DNA from: the human T2T-CHM13v2.0 reference genome, Homo sapiens
DNA length: 64,000 nucleotides
Reading direction: 5' to 3' (one strand)
Assembly: GCF_009914755.1 (NCBI RefSeq)
Contig: NC_060938.1
Shown here: one piece after another, positions 1 through 15,199 of the stretch
Layout: each line of letters begins with the position of its first letter
How positions within the stretch are numbered: position 1 is the first letter of the stretch
Made by a program: the position numbers and the translations under genes
The notes under the pieces: model-generated
What the model was told of the DNA's origin: nothing
What the model saw: the letters and a program-made list of their open reading frames with translations, nothing else
Database searches by the model: none

Positions 1-338
1 ATTATTTAGATATCCATTTTGATTAATTCTTCTTCTTCTATAATTGCATAGTTTGAATCTCACTGTTTTGAAATATGTTAAAAGTAGTAGCATGAAAGTG
101 GTAAACTTCTAGAAGGTAGAAGAAGAGACATTAGGGTTGCTGCTGAATCAGAAGAAGGTTGCAGGTATAGGCATAGGAAATACATGTTTTATTTTCCATA
201 AACACGTTTTACAGATGGTGACCCGTTGTCAGCATATCCTATATCTTAACTAGTTTATCCGTAGTTGGTAATGAATTGTCTCAGATACAGCTGTATGCCT
301 TTTCCATATGTATGAGTATCATCCTGTAAGACATATGA

Positions 339-665
<327 letters not shown>

Positions 666-1999
666 TAAATGGAAGGAAGATAGCTTGCCTATCACATTAA
701 CTCCATTTGCCTCATTAGACCAATCCCTAACCACTGTAACCATTTACATTTACCTGGAGTAAAATGAATGGGGGGGGGTTCACAGGCAAGAAAAGCAGCT
801 AGGAAATTAATGTTTTAATTCAGCTTAGAGTATCTGGCCCTCCCAAAACAACTTGGAAATTGGGACTGAATATAGTCTTCTTCAAAAATATTGTAAAATT
901 AATTATATTGAAATATACTTTTATATGTTCTGTACAAATTTCACCCACACAATTATTTAAATGGTCTTGTTAGCATTAATCCTGTTGGAATCTTTGCTTG
1001 TATAACTGCAAAATGAAAGTACACTCCAACTAATAGATGTGCTTTAGAACATTTCTAGGAAGGAAAATATGAATAGAATATCAGAAAATAAATAATAAAA
1101 CTTTCACAAATGAAAGAATTTTAGAGGGTTTGGAAAGCTAGGTGTAACCAAAATATAAAAAGGAACCTTATGTAAATGAGTCCTAGTGAATAAAGAGTGT
1201 ACTCTGACCATAGTCCCAAAGGTGGTCTGGCTTCTTGCTTGTCTCAAAGTAGCCTCTTCCTACATAAAAGACTTTGCCAATAGAATTTATGAATCCCTTA
1301 GAAATAACATTTGCCTTTTAATCTTAAAATATCCATGGAAAGAATTGTCAGCATTCTTTTCTAACTATAACTTTATAGCATTGGTTTCTAAAGGCAAATA
1401 CATGTGGATTATCTGATTCACATAAACAACTTGACTTACCCCAAGAAAGGAAAGCCCTCCTACTGTTCTTAATGGTTATGTGAAGGGGACAAACCATGTT
1501 TGAACTGTTTGAATACATATCCCCTTACTTCTGCCTGGTGGGATTCATAGTCACCCACTAGGCAAGGTTAACTAATGACTGAAATGAAATCCAGTCATTT
1601 AAAGAAATCTCAAAGGCTTCCTGGAGTTAGGCTGGAAAGATGTCACTAAGAGAAGGGCTGTACTTTATGCTTTTGCAATGTTTACAGAACCTGTAACACA
1701 ATGGAGCATGATTAATGAGACTCTTCAAACTCCAGCACAAGCATAGGACTTTGTACTTGTCATGTCTAAAGATCAGCCTTTATCACCCCATAACATAAGA
1801 AATGTAAACCAGAACCTAATCATTTCCTAAAGGAGTTACCTTGGCTTTTATTCTCAAGTAAACTTAGGGGTTAAAGAGGAGACGTTCTCATTTTTTAATA
1901 AGAATGGCACCTTTGCTTTGGGAAATGCTTTTCCCTTAAATGTTTTTACATTTATCATTTTATGCTATACTTACAAAATGATGTAAAGCATGTTTGCCA

Positions 2000-2115
2000 G
2001 AAATTATTATCACCTGTGACAGATGAGACATCTGGGGCATAAGAAGATTAAGTGACTTTCCTAAATACCCAGCTAGTTTGAAACATATTTGATACCAAAA
2101 CTCAGCCTGATTCTA
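2000..2115 (-). mobile_element. MIR fragment
   Basis: ACAGATGAG...TTAAGTGACTT MIR core in reverse orientation. Confidence 0.6.
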
Positions 2116-3734
2116 TTCCAAATAGACTGCAACATGCTATTATGCTTAAACACACCCTATAAAAATTAGGAAAAGAACCTGGGCAATTAGCAAATTTTCT
2201 TAGTATTTTCGAATCTACTTTCTATTCTTTTCCTAAAGTCTAAGTAATGTAAAGAATTTTTAAAAGATAATTTATAGCCACAATAAAATATCTTCCATTG
2301 TGTTAATTCAAGAAGTTGATCTCAAAACCTTCAGAATTGTGTTTTTCTGTCCATTCAAAGCTCACACCTCATTAAATGTGCTCACCCTCATCTCTCTTCC
2401 ATTCGGGATACCGTCGTAAATGGGTGATGGATGGCTCACAGGTTTAGTAGATCCAGTAACAATTTTAACCTCCTTCATTCTATCAACAGTTTCCTGAGGC
2501 CTGACAAACAAGATCTTCCTGCCTGTAAAAAGGCCATTTAAGAGCATACAAACTCAATCTTACCACATCTTGTGAGCAAACTTCCATTTGAGAAAAATAA
2601 ACTCAGAGTACCAACTAGGGTCCGTTTTCAACTGAGAGCAACTATGTCAGTTGTCCTGAAGCTTCTCGTGTCAGAATCACACATCGGTGCTTTGGATCCC
2701 TTTATATTGTTGAAAGGGATGTGGATTATTCTTCCTGGATGTTTTCATCAGCTGCATCTAGAAAAGCATGATAACCGTCTACCCAGATGTAATAGACCCT
2801 ATTCAGTTTTCTTCTTTCTTCCTTTTCTATTTTGGTTACTTTTTTTCAGGTAATCTTCCCAGTAAAATGACATGTTTGTCTATTCCAGATATTACAGTGG
2901 AAACCAGGGAGAAACACTTTTGGTGGTTGTGCTTATTTATTTTCTCGTTGCTCACAGCTCTGGAGCTGTCATCATTTGAGAGAAGAAAGAGCCTTTATCT
3001 GAGTTCCTTGATGGACAAGATGTTGTCTTTACTTGTTTTCCCCCCTTTGGCAACTGATACTGTGTCTGACTTTCTTCTTAACCCATCTGTCTTATGCTTT
3101 CTTGTTTTGCCAGAAAAAAGAAAAATTTGACATCCTCACAAAATGGTATTTATATTGCCCTAACTGGACAGAGTAAAAAACACATGACTGATGAATATCT
3201 GAAGGAATTAAACTGTTATTGAATATGTTAAAATACTTCTTAACTATATTGTGAAAGATAGATTTTTTATTAATAAACAATCATGTTAACTTGGGCCATA
3301 GTAAACAAACATACCACAGGTTGTAAAAATAGAAGAATCTTCTGGCAGAAGAGCCTAGTGAGCAGAGAACTTAATACAAATACAGAAAATTTGTTTACTC
3401 TTGGTGATTCATAAACTTTTAAAAAATGTTAACTTTTTTTAAAAAGAAAATAGAGTGAAAGAGATATGTCACTTTGTATTTTGCTTATTTTATATCTAAA
3501 TGTTACAGATCAAAAAGTGTATTTAATTAGATTGGAAATTACCTGCTGTTTTGAAAAGTTAGGGAACTACAGGAAAAATTCTTTAGACTTGTATATTTGT
3601 TTACTATTTCTGATACATTTCATATTCTTTATTTATCCTCTTAAGATAATTCAAGTCCTATTTATTGATGATGTATGAGGATCTAACAAGAATTTGACCA
3701 AGATATAGGTAGTGACCTCTTCCTTCCTAGCTTT

Positions 3735-4825
<1,091 letters not shown>

Positions 4826-6088
4826 CCCTTTAGCTATTATAGGCTTACTTTTATAATTTTTAAAGCCTCATGCTTAAGACAGACCTATGAAGAAGACATT
4901 GTCACTTTATGGGATCTGGCTTTTAGTTCAGAGATATTTAAAAAGTTTTGAAAGTACTTTTGGTTTTATCCATAATGACAAGAACAAATTTTCTTGCTGA
5001 TGAGAGAATAAGATGCACAGTAGGTCACTGGGCTCAACTCTGGACAGGTTTCTCAAGACCTAGCATTCACTACTAGCTACCTCACTGTGACCTTGGATAA
5101 GGAGTTGACACTTAACTCATAATAGCATGTCATGGAGGGTGTGGGTGGCAGGCCTTCAGATAAAATAATTCATTTAGGAATGCTCTAAGGGATAAAGGCT
5201 CTACAAATAGAGGCATTTTAATGCCTACTGCTTGACTTTCTATCAACCTTGATCTACAATCCATGTTCTTTTATCTGCTGAACTTAAAAATAATCTAACA
5301 CTGTATTATTTATAAGGCATTAAAGGAAAAGGAAGAAGGAATTCCAGTATATAAACATGAAAATTCAGCAGAATCACTAGAGGGAAAAATAAATAAATAA
5401 TTCAAAAACGGAACAATGCTGACCTTTCTGTGGTTTGATATTGTGCTTGGGATTGACTAGACAGAGACATCTCTTCAAAATACCAAGGAAAATGAGAAGG
5501 ACTTTCAAAATCAAGCTCTTTATCATAGAAAAGAGCCCCTAGGCCTTTGTCAACCTACAAAACAGGCAGTTGGTCCAGACTAGCTCTTCCGTGTTTAGGA
5601 AGAATTTAACTCCTTTCCCTATATGATTAATAAAAAGCAAAAATCTAATACTAATAAACTCACTTGTATTCACGGTAAGTGATTGCCCAGCCTATTTATA
5701 AAATATTGTACTAAGGGAAACTTTCAAAGGTAAGACAGAGGACAGAGAAACAGGCACTATTTGTGAGGAACTGTTTCTTTAACTTTCTTATCAAGTTTTA
5801 GTGTTAATTTTATTTTTCAAAGATGTTTTATGTAGAGAAAAAGGAAACATAAAATCCAAGTGTTCCAACCGTGTAAGTAAATGAGATGACTAAATCCAGA
5901 AAACTGAAGCACTAAAATAATTCAAGAACAAAATTAAAAAGCAAAATAAAAGACTCACTTGAAAAACTTTACAGTTACCTCTCTTAGCTAAGAAAAAGAA
6001 GGGTGAAAGAAAATTGGCTAAGCAATTATATGAATTTTAAAATAATACATGTAGTGAAAAGGCAAGCTCAGAATTCCCTGGTTTGAGG

Positions 6089-6129
6089 AAGTTTATTTCT
6101 AGGGTAGGTCAAGTTTATTTCTAGGGTAG
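6089..6129. repeat. 19-bp tandem duplication AAGTTTATTTCTAGGGTAG
   Basis: Identical copies at 6089-6107 and 6111-6129. Confidence 0.9.
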
Positions 6130-6317
6130 CAAATGGTGACACCTGAAAGCACTGCAGAGTTAACTGTGCAGGAATTAAGCAGCTCTACACCTTTGAAGCT
6201 CTCAGAGGTTATATGGAACAAGGGTACCAGCAAAGCAGGAAGTACCAATGCAATTAAAACTCCATGAAGTGGCTGAAGGTTAGATGGACTAAAATATATC
6301 TCACACTAAATTGTGTT

Positions 6318-6431
6318 CACATTAATTATATAAATTATGTTTATATAATTTATATTATTTAATTATATAAATTATATACATATATACATTATATATATTT
6401 ATATATTATATAAACACATTAATTATATAAA
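6318..6431. repeat. AT-rich low-complexity tract bounded by 17-bp direct repeats
   Basis: CACATTAATTATATAAA at 6318-6334 and 6415-6431 around (TA)-rich sequence. Confidence 0.85.
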
Positions 6432-8091
6432 TAATGACAGCTTATTTTTATTTTGAGTTTTGAAACACCTCACTTTACTTGATCTTTTCATACCTACCCT
6501 GAAAGATGATCTTTATTATACTTTTTTTATTTGATAGAAGGGATGCTGAGGCTCAGAGCAGTTACGTGATTTCCCTGGTAAGATGGAGACATGAAGTAAG
6601 ATCTTCCAAGACCAAGCTCAGACCTTCTTCTAACTGCATAAAGTTTGAGTGCAAATATTCATTTTTTTCTTTGAATAAGCACTCTTGAAAATTGCCCCTG
6701 TCCTTCCAAAGAAGGCAATTTTATTTTTCTAGCACGTTGATAGATAGTGAGAGAAAATACATATGAATTTTAATTCAGAATCTCATTTACATGTTTGATT
6801 AAGTGTGTTTTCCCAAATTAAAACATCACTTCCCTCTTTATCAGAACTATAGTTAGATATAGGTAGACTTGGTAACATTTTGTACAATGGTAGCATCTAG
6901 GTTTGAGTAAGTCCCTAGGTAGATCTTTTATCTCTTTGTATGCCCTTCTTAAAAAGGTGTTACCTTCACTTATTCCTCCCAGTGCAGTTGGAGAATGTTT
7001 GTATCAAGTTTTTGCCAGCTTCCCTGTGGAACAGACAGCAACTGCTTAACAAATGGCAGGTTTATGTAAGAGGAAATCTCCATGGTTTAACGTGCTTTTG
7101 TTTCCTGCCAGTATGTACCTTCTGTTTTTGTTCACGCATAATCATCTTGTAACCTGCACAGAAAGGCAAAGAAACCACGGCTTGAGGAAATGGATATTCA
7201 AGCAATTACTTCCATGCTGATTTTCCAATTCTTGGCCCAAAGGACTTTCCTCGAGACTGGGGACTCCAGTAGCTGGGGCTGCTGTATGCAGAAGGCTGGA
7301 TATAAAATAATGCTACGAAGTCCCTGGTAAAATCAGTACATTGTGAAAAGAGCCTCATCATCATTTGAATGAGGTCTTTTCTCTAGAGAGAACCTGTTTC
7401 AGGGCACAAAAGTACTTTGTATATATCTAAATTGTTATATTTCCCTAAAGAGAGGATAATTATTTTTCTATGGGTCTCCTCTAGACTTTGAGGTTTGACA
7501 GATAGGGACTGAATCTATTCATCAAGGGCCTGCTACATGTTTTGTGTTTTCTACAGATGTGTGTTGGATAAATGGATGAGCCATTTACTGTAGAGTAGTG
7601 TTTCAAAATCAGAAGGTATGCATTTCAATGTCACAGGTTCACATGAATCAAGTCACACTCACTAAAGGATGTCATAGATTGAGTACTTTATATTCATGAG
7701 AGAAAAGAAAACCCACTTCTCCATAGTGTGGTAGGCATGGGTTTCCTTACACTGGTCCACACCTTGGAGAAAAAGATGCTCTCTACCTGACAGGGGAGCT
7801 TATTTGTGAATTCAGCAACCATGTTTTGAGCTTCAATCAGGTGAAAGTTCCATACTGGACACTAAGAGAATAGAAAAGTGAAACCAACTTAACTCTTGGA
7901 GTCAATAAGATCTAGACATGAGATTAAACATGTAGATTGCTAATATTACTTTAAGGGAGAATGAAATGAGTACCATAATGGTGGAAAAATGTAAGAGAGA
8001 AGTGTAGGACATAATGGATATTATCTTTTCATAGAGAAGTTGGAATTTTGAACCATCCGGAAATGTGGCAATGGGACTGGAAGAAAGGGAG

Positions 8092-8095
<4 letters not shown>

Positions 8096-8131
<36 letters not shown>
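8096..8131 (+). repeat. Pure poly(A), 36 nt
   Basis: Read directly. Confidence 0.95.
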
Positions 8132-8133
<2 letters not shown>

Positions 8134-8154
8134 TTACCAAGATTTGGAGAATGA

Positions 8155-8567
<413 letters not shown>

Positions 8568-8715
8568 TGTTCAGCACTTTCTAAGGAAATACAGGAGGAC
8601 TTCTCTAAACTGCATACAGGAAAAATTTCGTGAGAGATTATTCCTGAGTAAATTTGATATTTGAGATGTTTACAAGTCATAAATGCTTATTTTGCTCATT
8701 TAAAATTTCTAAATT

Positions 8716-9245
8716 CCTAAGGGTAGGCCAGATTTAGTGACTCACTTTCAAAGAACAGAGTATTGAAAGGGCAAATAACTTTACAGTAGAGAACCCTGGT
8801 ATGAAATATCTTGGAGAATGTTAATGTCATCAGTGGCATCATGCTGATATCATGTGCCAGCTGACATGATGTGATCAGTAAGGCATTCCACCTCTGATGC
8901 TTTTTACCAAGAACTATAGCTAGAATCTAATCATGAGAAAACTTCAGATGAACCAAAAGTGGTAGATAGTCTACAAAATACCTGACTATCACTTCTCAAA
9001 ACTTACAGGATCATACGAAACAAGAAAAGACTGAAGAACTATACAGAATACAGGAGACAGGATATTTAAAGTCATTGTGGTATCCTAGATGAGATCCTGA
9101 AACAGGAAAAAGACTTAGTGGAAAAACTGATGAAATATGAGTAAAGTTTAAGGTTTAGTTAATAGCAATGTAGCTGGTTTCTTAGTTTTGATAAATGTTC
9201 TAAGGTAATATAAGATGATAACATCAGGGGAGACTGACAATGTTT
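8716..9245 (+). mobile_element. L1MC-type 3' UTR fragment
   Basis: Motifs TTAGTGACTCACTT..AAAGAACAGAGTA, CTAATCATGAGAAAAC, ATCCTGAAACAGGAAAAAGAC. Confidence 0.75.
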
Positions 9246-11789
9246 ACACTAATATAATTTGTCAATATTTTGAAGGCTGATACGGTGTGATGTAATGATA
9301 ATATCAGTAGTAGTAACAACAAGTCAAATTTCTAAAGCACTTTCACATATGCTGACTCATGGTGGGACAATGTTATAAGGCTGGCAGAACAGGGATTTTT
9401 TTAATGTCCATTTTAAAAATGAAGAGGCACCTCAGAGTTGAATTTACCCAAGATCAAAACTGAGCTCAAATCATGATCTTATTATACTGTGTTATTTTTA
9501 CTTTCACAAAGTATTAGAAAAGAAAGGCCAAGGTACCTATGTGTGTATAGATGGGGAATGATGTAAGAAACACGCGGGTGGGGGATTAAAGTGTTTGAGA
9601 TGACAATCAATTTCAATTGAAAGGAAAACTATTGAGGACTGAAGTCTTAAGAATAGTGGGCTGACCCTCTGTTTTTTGAAGCTTGCAGATTTGCTTTTTG
9701 TTTTTCTTTCACCCACTTCTCTTATGGATCAGTGAGTTTCCTAATAAAAATAAAGTAACCTAATTGTTATAGTTTTCTAAGTCTGCAAAATTATTGCTCT
9801 TTGGAGTCCCTGAGCCACATTTCCTATTCGTTTGCTTCCTCTGGCCCCATCATCACACATTTCTAAAGCTGACTCATAGGTCATGTGCATAAGAAATTTG
9901 TTACAACGATTCTGCTTGTACTTTGGCGTGATATTTTTTCTTACTTAATTTTCCTTGTCGTGATTACAATAGATGCAACCAATAGCTTTTAATAGGTGGC
10001 ACATACTCATAACATGGTTTGCTCATGGTTTAGAAACACCAATAATTTAAAGTATGAATTCTGTAAATCTGCAACCACCCCCTCCCCCATTTTCAATCTC
10101 ATTCATTTTCTAGCAGCATAAATCAGAAAGCAAAACCTTTGTTGCTTTAAAGATCCTGCTTTGCCTTTTTAAAATGTGTTCTTAAAGATGAAATAATTAT
10201 GCTGCTTTCCTGGATCAAGATTTCAAAGGAAGAACCTCCTGCGGATACTTATGTACACTTACATACGAAAATGGATGTTTAAATGCAGGTAGATGAGTAT
10301 TTGTCCTAAAATGTGATCTTCCTTGTTGATGCTGGAGCTTGAGGAGCTATCCCTATGCTCTGCTGCCACCTTGGAAACTCAGAAGGATTTACAACGGAGT
10401 TCTGCACAGGGGAAGCTGGAAGCAGCATTCCCACAGCCTCTTCTGGGGCTGGCAAGGCTCAGAGAGGCATTTGAAATGGCTATTATTGACACCCATAGAC
10501 TTGGGTATGTTTCAGAGAGAAACTATAACATCTATCTCATGGGAAAACACACTTTCTCTGTTTTTAAATAACTCCGTTTCAGCAAGATCCATGTGTGTAG
10601 CCTCTGAATACTCTATAAAGGCTCCGTATTTCTTTCTTTCTTTCCTTAGTCCGGAATGGAGACAGAAGAAAGATTCGGTTGAAGATGTCCCTGTGTGGAT
10701 CTCAGTTTGCGCTCTGAGCGACGTCCTGGCTCATTTGGGTGTGACGGTGAGAGCAGAGGCGCTCTGCTGACAGTTTTTTCTTGTCTAAGCTTCCATTCCG
10801 CATCCACAATATGACTCGCCTTCCACTCCAGTTAACTTCTTGGAAGTCCAGAGCACTTAGTCAAAGCTGTTTACAAAATGCAAAGCATCTGGGCGGCCAA
10901 GGCAGAGGCTCCTGTGTTCTCTATGTAACCGCCTCCAAAAAAGCTGGGAAATTTCGCGGATCAAAATGTAGGCGCTTAAAGCTGACCCTCTGCTGTCAAT
11001 GTTGGGACTTAGATACATTTTTTGCATCGTCATTCTTGTGTGTGTTTCCCGTTTATTCCATTCTAAGGCTCAGGCTCGCGCTGTTTCTCTCGCGCGCGCT
11101 GTCCCCTCTCTCCATTTCCCATTCACACATCAAACTCCGTCCTCCGCACCCCTATCTTCCCGTGTCTTCTTAGTTATGTGAATGTGTGTCATTAGGCTTA
11201 CTCGGACACTGGATGGGTGAGTGGGAGGCAGCTTTTCTTGCGGTTTCATTTACACTTGGCATGGGTGGGTGGGTGCCCTCCACAATTCGTCTCGCACACG
11301 GAACACAGTTAAAATCTGTAGCTAGAACGAGTGAAAAGTTCCGAATCTTTAAAGCGCAGCTAGGACAGGAAATAATACAGGGTTGGGGGATGTGGACGGG
11401 GGCGGAGAGCAGAGAAGTAAAGGAATAAAACCAACTTCGCTGGCAACTTCAATAAATCCGGTAACTGGAGGCAAAAAATAGACTCCGAGGGCTGGGTCTG
11501 GTCCGGATGAAACGCTAGGGCTCCTTCCCTTCCTTGAATCTTGGGCGCTGGAAGCCAGCCACGGGCGTCTTGCCACGCGAGTGCCCCTAGACAGCAACAC
11601 ACCCACTGGAAACGCACGTGAACAAAGCTCTCGCCCCCGGGAGCCGCTGCCTGCGGTTTCCTAGTCGATCCCAGCTTCTCTAGGGAGTGTCAGGCGCACA
11701 CAGGGTTAAGTTAGTTCCCTCCCTGGTAGGAGGGAGAGGAGGAGGAGGGGAAAAGCAGCATACTGTCTCAGGCTGGGTACCTTGTAGTT

Positions 11790-12180
11790 AGTTGTACGTT
11801 CGAAACCTGTCGCCGTCACTTGCGCGTTTGGCATTATCCATTGTCACCGCGGAGGAACGAGCGCTCGAGATATCATCAGTGCCCGCAAATCTCCGCGCCA
11901 AGGCGCTGAGCTACTCCTTTCCGAGGTGCGCCTCTGGTCCTCCGTCCCTGGTGCCCAGCAGCGGCGAGGCGGCATCTCCGCTCCCGCCGCCGTGTCCACC
12001 GAGCCCTGGGATCAGGGTGGCAGTTCTCAACGATGGGCAGGAGGGACCTCGGCGGCGACCCCTAAAACAATACCATGCCCCGGGATCCCCGCTGCTGCCG
12101 CGCCAGCGTCTTCCCTTTCCACCTCCCTGACCCTGTCGGATTCGGATGAGCCCATTGCAAGGAGAAGACGCAGCCGTCAG
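11790..12180 (+). other. FLRT2: Non-coding exon 1 (5' UTR)
   Basis: Donor CCGTCAG|GTAAAA at 12180/12181; CpG-rich. The TSS at 11790 is from recall, not from sequence. Confidence 0.75.
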
Positions 12181-15100
12181 GTAAAAGGGGCTGCGTTGCC
12201 AGGTGAAGTTTCCAGTAACCGGCCGAGCTGCTGCTACGCTGGCACCACGCTGTCTCTTCGGGGGATTTTTTTTTTTGAAAGAGCTGGGGGTGGTCATCTT
12301 AAGTGGGGTGCTCTAGGCTTTGTCTTTCACCTGGAGAGAAAATAGGCAGCTTAGCTCTCTCTCGACTTTGGGGACATCTGTCTGCTGGTCGAATCCACCT
12401 CCTCTACGGAGCATCATGACTGAGTTCTGGGTCAAAACGCAAATTTTCTTGCCTGGTAGATGCATCGATGCTAAATTGGGGTTCTCAGTGCCCCTAACCT
12501 TGTCAGAGTTCAGTCTCCTACTTCCCTAGATTGAATCTCTTAACTTTCACCAGTAACAACCCTCTCCCCTCCACAAGCTGTTGTTAATGTCACCAGCGTT
12601 ATTATCAGGCTGTTGTATCTAAAGACACCAACCTACTACCTGCCCGTAATCTGGGATCTATTAGCAGTTAAACAGATGCGGTGGATACTAATTCCTTTTC
12701 CTTCCAGTTGGTGGGGGCGGGTGGGGCTTTTTCCAAAACCAAGTCCCTTCCAGCCCTGCTTGTCCTCTTCGGGCTGGCGGGCACTGAGCTGGGGCCATCA
12801 CGCCTTTCTAGAGCGCCTGCGGAGGTGGCGAAGGCTTGGAGAGCATACGAGGCGGAATCCGGATCGAGTGAGTTCCTTGAGCCGCTTGCGTGGGACGCAG
12901 GGAGAGGGCGAATAACGCCCTCAGGCGCTGAATGCAGGGGCAAGGAGCCAGCGAGGGTGGCTGGAGCAGGCCTTGCCAGCTGTTACCAAGTCTCTCCACA
13001 GGCTTGGGGGCTTGGGGCCTCCTGGAAAGATCCCTCCGCCGCGCTGACCAGTACGGGGCTCGCTCCCGCACTTTGAAGGCTGCCGCGGTCTTTCGTCATT
13101 TATAATCAAGCCCAAGATCAAGGTTGCAAGCTGAGGTCGGGGTACTGACAACGGGAATGAAGCCATAGGGGAAGAGGATAACTGGGACGGGCTGGACCCA
13201 TACTTGATACCCGGGAAACTCCTAGAGCGTGTGGTGCTCCTGCCAGCGGCAGTTACTGGTGGAGCTGAGGCCACCGCTACTGTCGTCGTTGGCGCTTTGC
13301 TTCTGGAACCTCCCAGCAAGATGGCACTCACTGTCTGTTCCCTTCCGATTAGCACCCCCAGCCGCGCTCCCTCCTCCCCGGGATACGTATTAGTCACATA
13401 CTGTGGGGAGAAGATGGGCTATGTAAATGTAAGTCAACGCGCTTTCCCAGCCACCTTTGCATAATGCAACAGGAACAGCGACCCGCGCGCACGAACCGGG
13501 TAGTGTGCGCGTGTGTGTGCTCGCGTGTGTGAGCGCGTGTGCCAGCGTGCGTCTCCGCGCGGGCGTGCGTCTGGGTGGATCCTTGCGTGGCTTGGGAGGC
13601 AAATCGGGCGTTTCTCCAAGTCGTCTTAACATGATTTAGGCTCTCAAATACGTGAAAGCGGTAGACACAACAGGGATGCGAAGGAAATAAAAAACAATTG
13701 GGGAAGTGGTGCCAAGTCACTCAGGCTTTGAACTGAGGACGAGTAGTGCGGTCGCGCCTGGGGCGCGTCCGGAAATCATCCTCAGCCTGTGGCGGCCACT
13801 GCCCCACTTAAACTCTTCTGCGGGGAGAGTTGAGCGGATCCCTGGGGGGTTGGTCCTGGGCTAGTTTTAAACTCTCCGGTTGCATCTCGCGTGGCCCCAC
13901 CGACGGCGCGTCTCGGCGTAGCTCTTGGCGCGGGCTCGTTCTCCCTCTTCTGTTCAGATTCAGCCTCACCGGACTTGTTACAACATGACAGCAACTTACT
14001 GGAGGCAGGAAGAGCAGCACGAAATAAGATGAGAAAACCAAAAACATCTCCTCCTTCCTAAATAGAGACGTGCACCTAGCTTTTTTTACTTGTTTGTTTG
14101 TTTTTTACATTACCCTTTAACCTTTGGAAAGAGACTGCGAAGTGGAAACGTTGCCTGTACAGAAATCAGGCTTCTTAGCTGTCAAGACTGTTTCCTAATC
14201 TTTAGGCTGAATCTTTCTTTGTCCGCTGCAATCTATGGGGAAATTTAACAACGCTCTTGCCAGAAGCAGCCAGGTTGAAGGAAGAAAGTGGGGGTGTTTA
14301 AATTAATCCTATTAAATTTTGGATTACTCCCCCAGTTAAAGTCATTTAAGGTGGTCCAGGATGAGGGAACTAGTGATGGGGTGAGGAGTGGGGGGCACAT
14401 CACCAAGGTTGCCTGCATTTGAAATAACGCCATTTTGGTTGAGAGGTTTGCTGTATTTTACCCTCTAATCTCACATTTCGATCATTTCTCAGTGTCTAAG
14501 TAATAGATCCTCCCTCTTGGCAGTACACCATTAAGCAGGTATGGGGAATTCTCCTTTCAGGGTTCAGATGGTGACATTATCCCTAAGGACTGGTGGTAGG
14601 AACGGCATGTGCCGGGTAGATAGAGAGAAGGTCAGGGTGGCATCTGCCGGGTTAGCCAGGCGCTCTTCAACTCTTTTCAGAGAGGACAGGGTTAAAAGCC
14701 AAGTCTGACTTTGCCTCTTGGAAATCACTGGGTAGCAGCCGCGCCTCCCAAGCATTCTTTAAACCAGAAAAGTAGGAGGGACTCCGGGAGAGAGGGAGGG
14801 AATGAGGGAGGGAGAGAAAGAGGGCTCCAGGAGCGGAGCGCGCCAGAGCGCGAGGGACGGAGGGAGAGGAGGAGCGCGGGAGCTGCGGAGGCGATCCCGC
14901 GAATTCATTACTGTAAACATATCCGGGGGTGTCAGGAGGGGTAGGGGTGGGGGCCGCGGCGCCTACATTAGCCCGGCCGCGTCGGATTGAGGCAGTAGTG
15001 TGGTCTGAGCAGCCTCCAGACCCACGCCGGGCGGGCGCAGCACTTGGAGCGAGCCCTGCGCCCGCCCCCGCGCAGCGCCGCACGCCCGGCTCCGAGCTGT

Positions 15101-15199
15101 CCGCACACACGCGTCGGAGGAGAGCCCGCCTAGCTCTCCCGCCGAGTCCCGGGATCCTCCAAATCCGAGGAGCTCCGGCGCCGCGGGGCAGCTTTCTGC

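Noticed and set aside
15094-15112. REST/RE1-like GAGCTGTCCG
   Set aside because: Only a half-site; the GGTGCTGAA half is absent.
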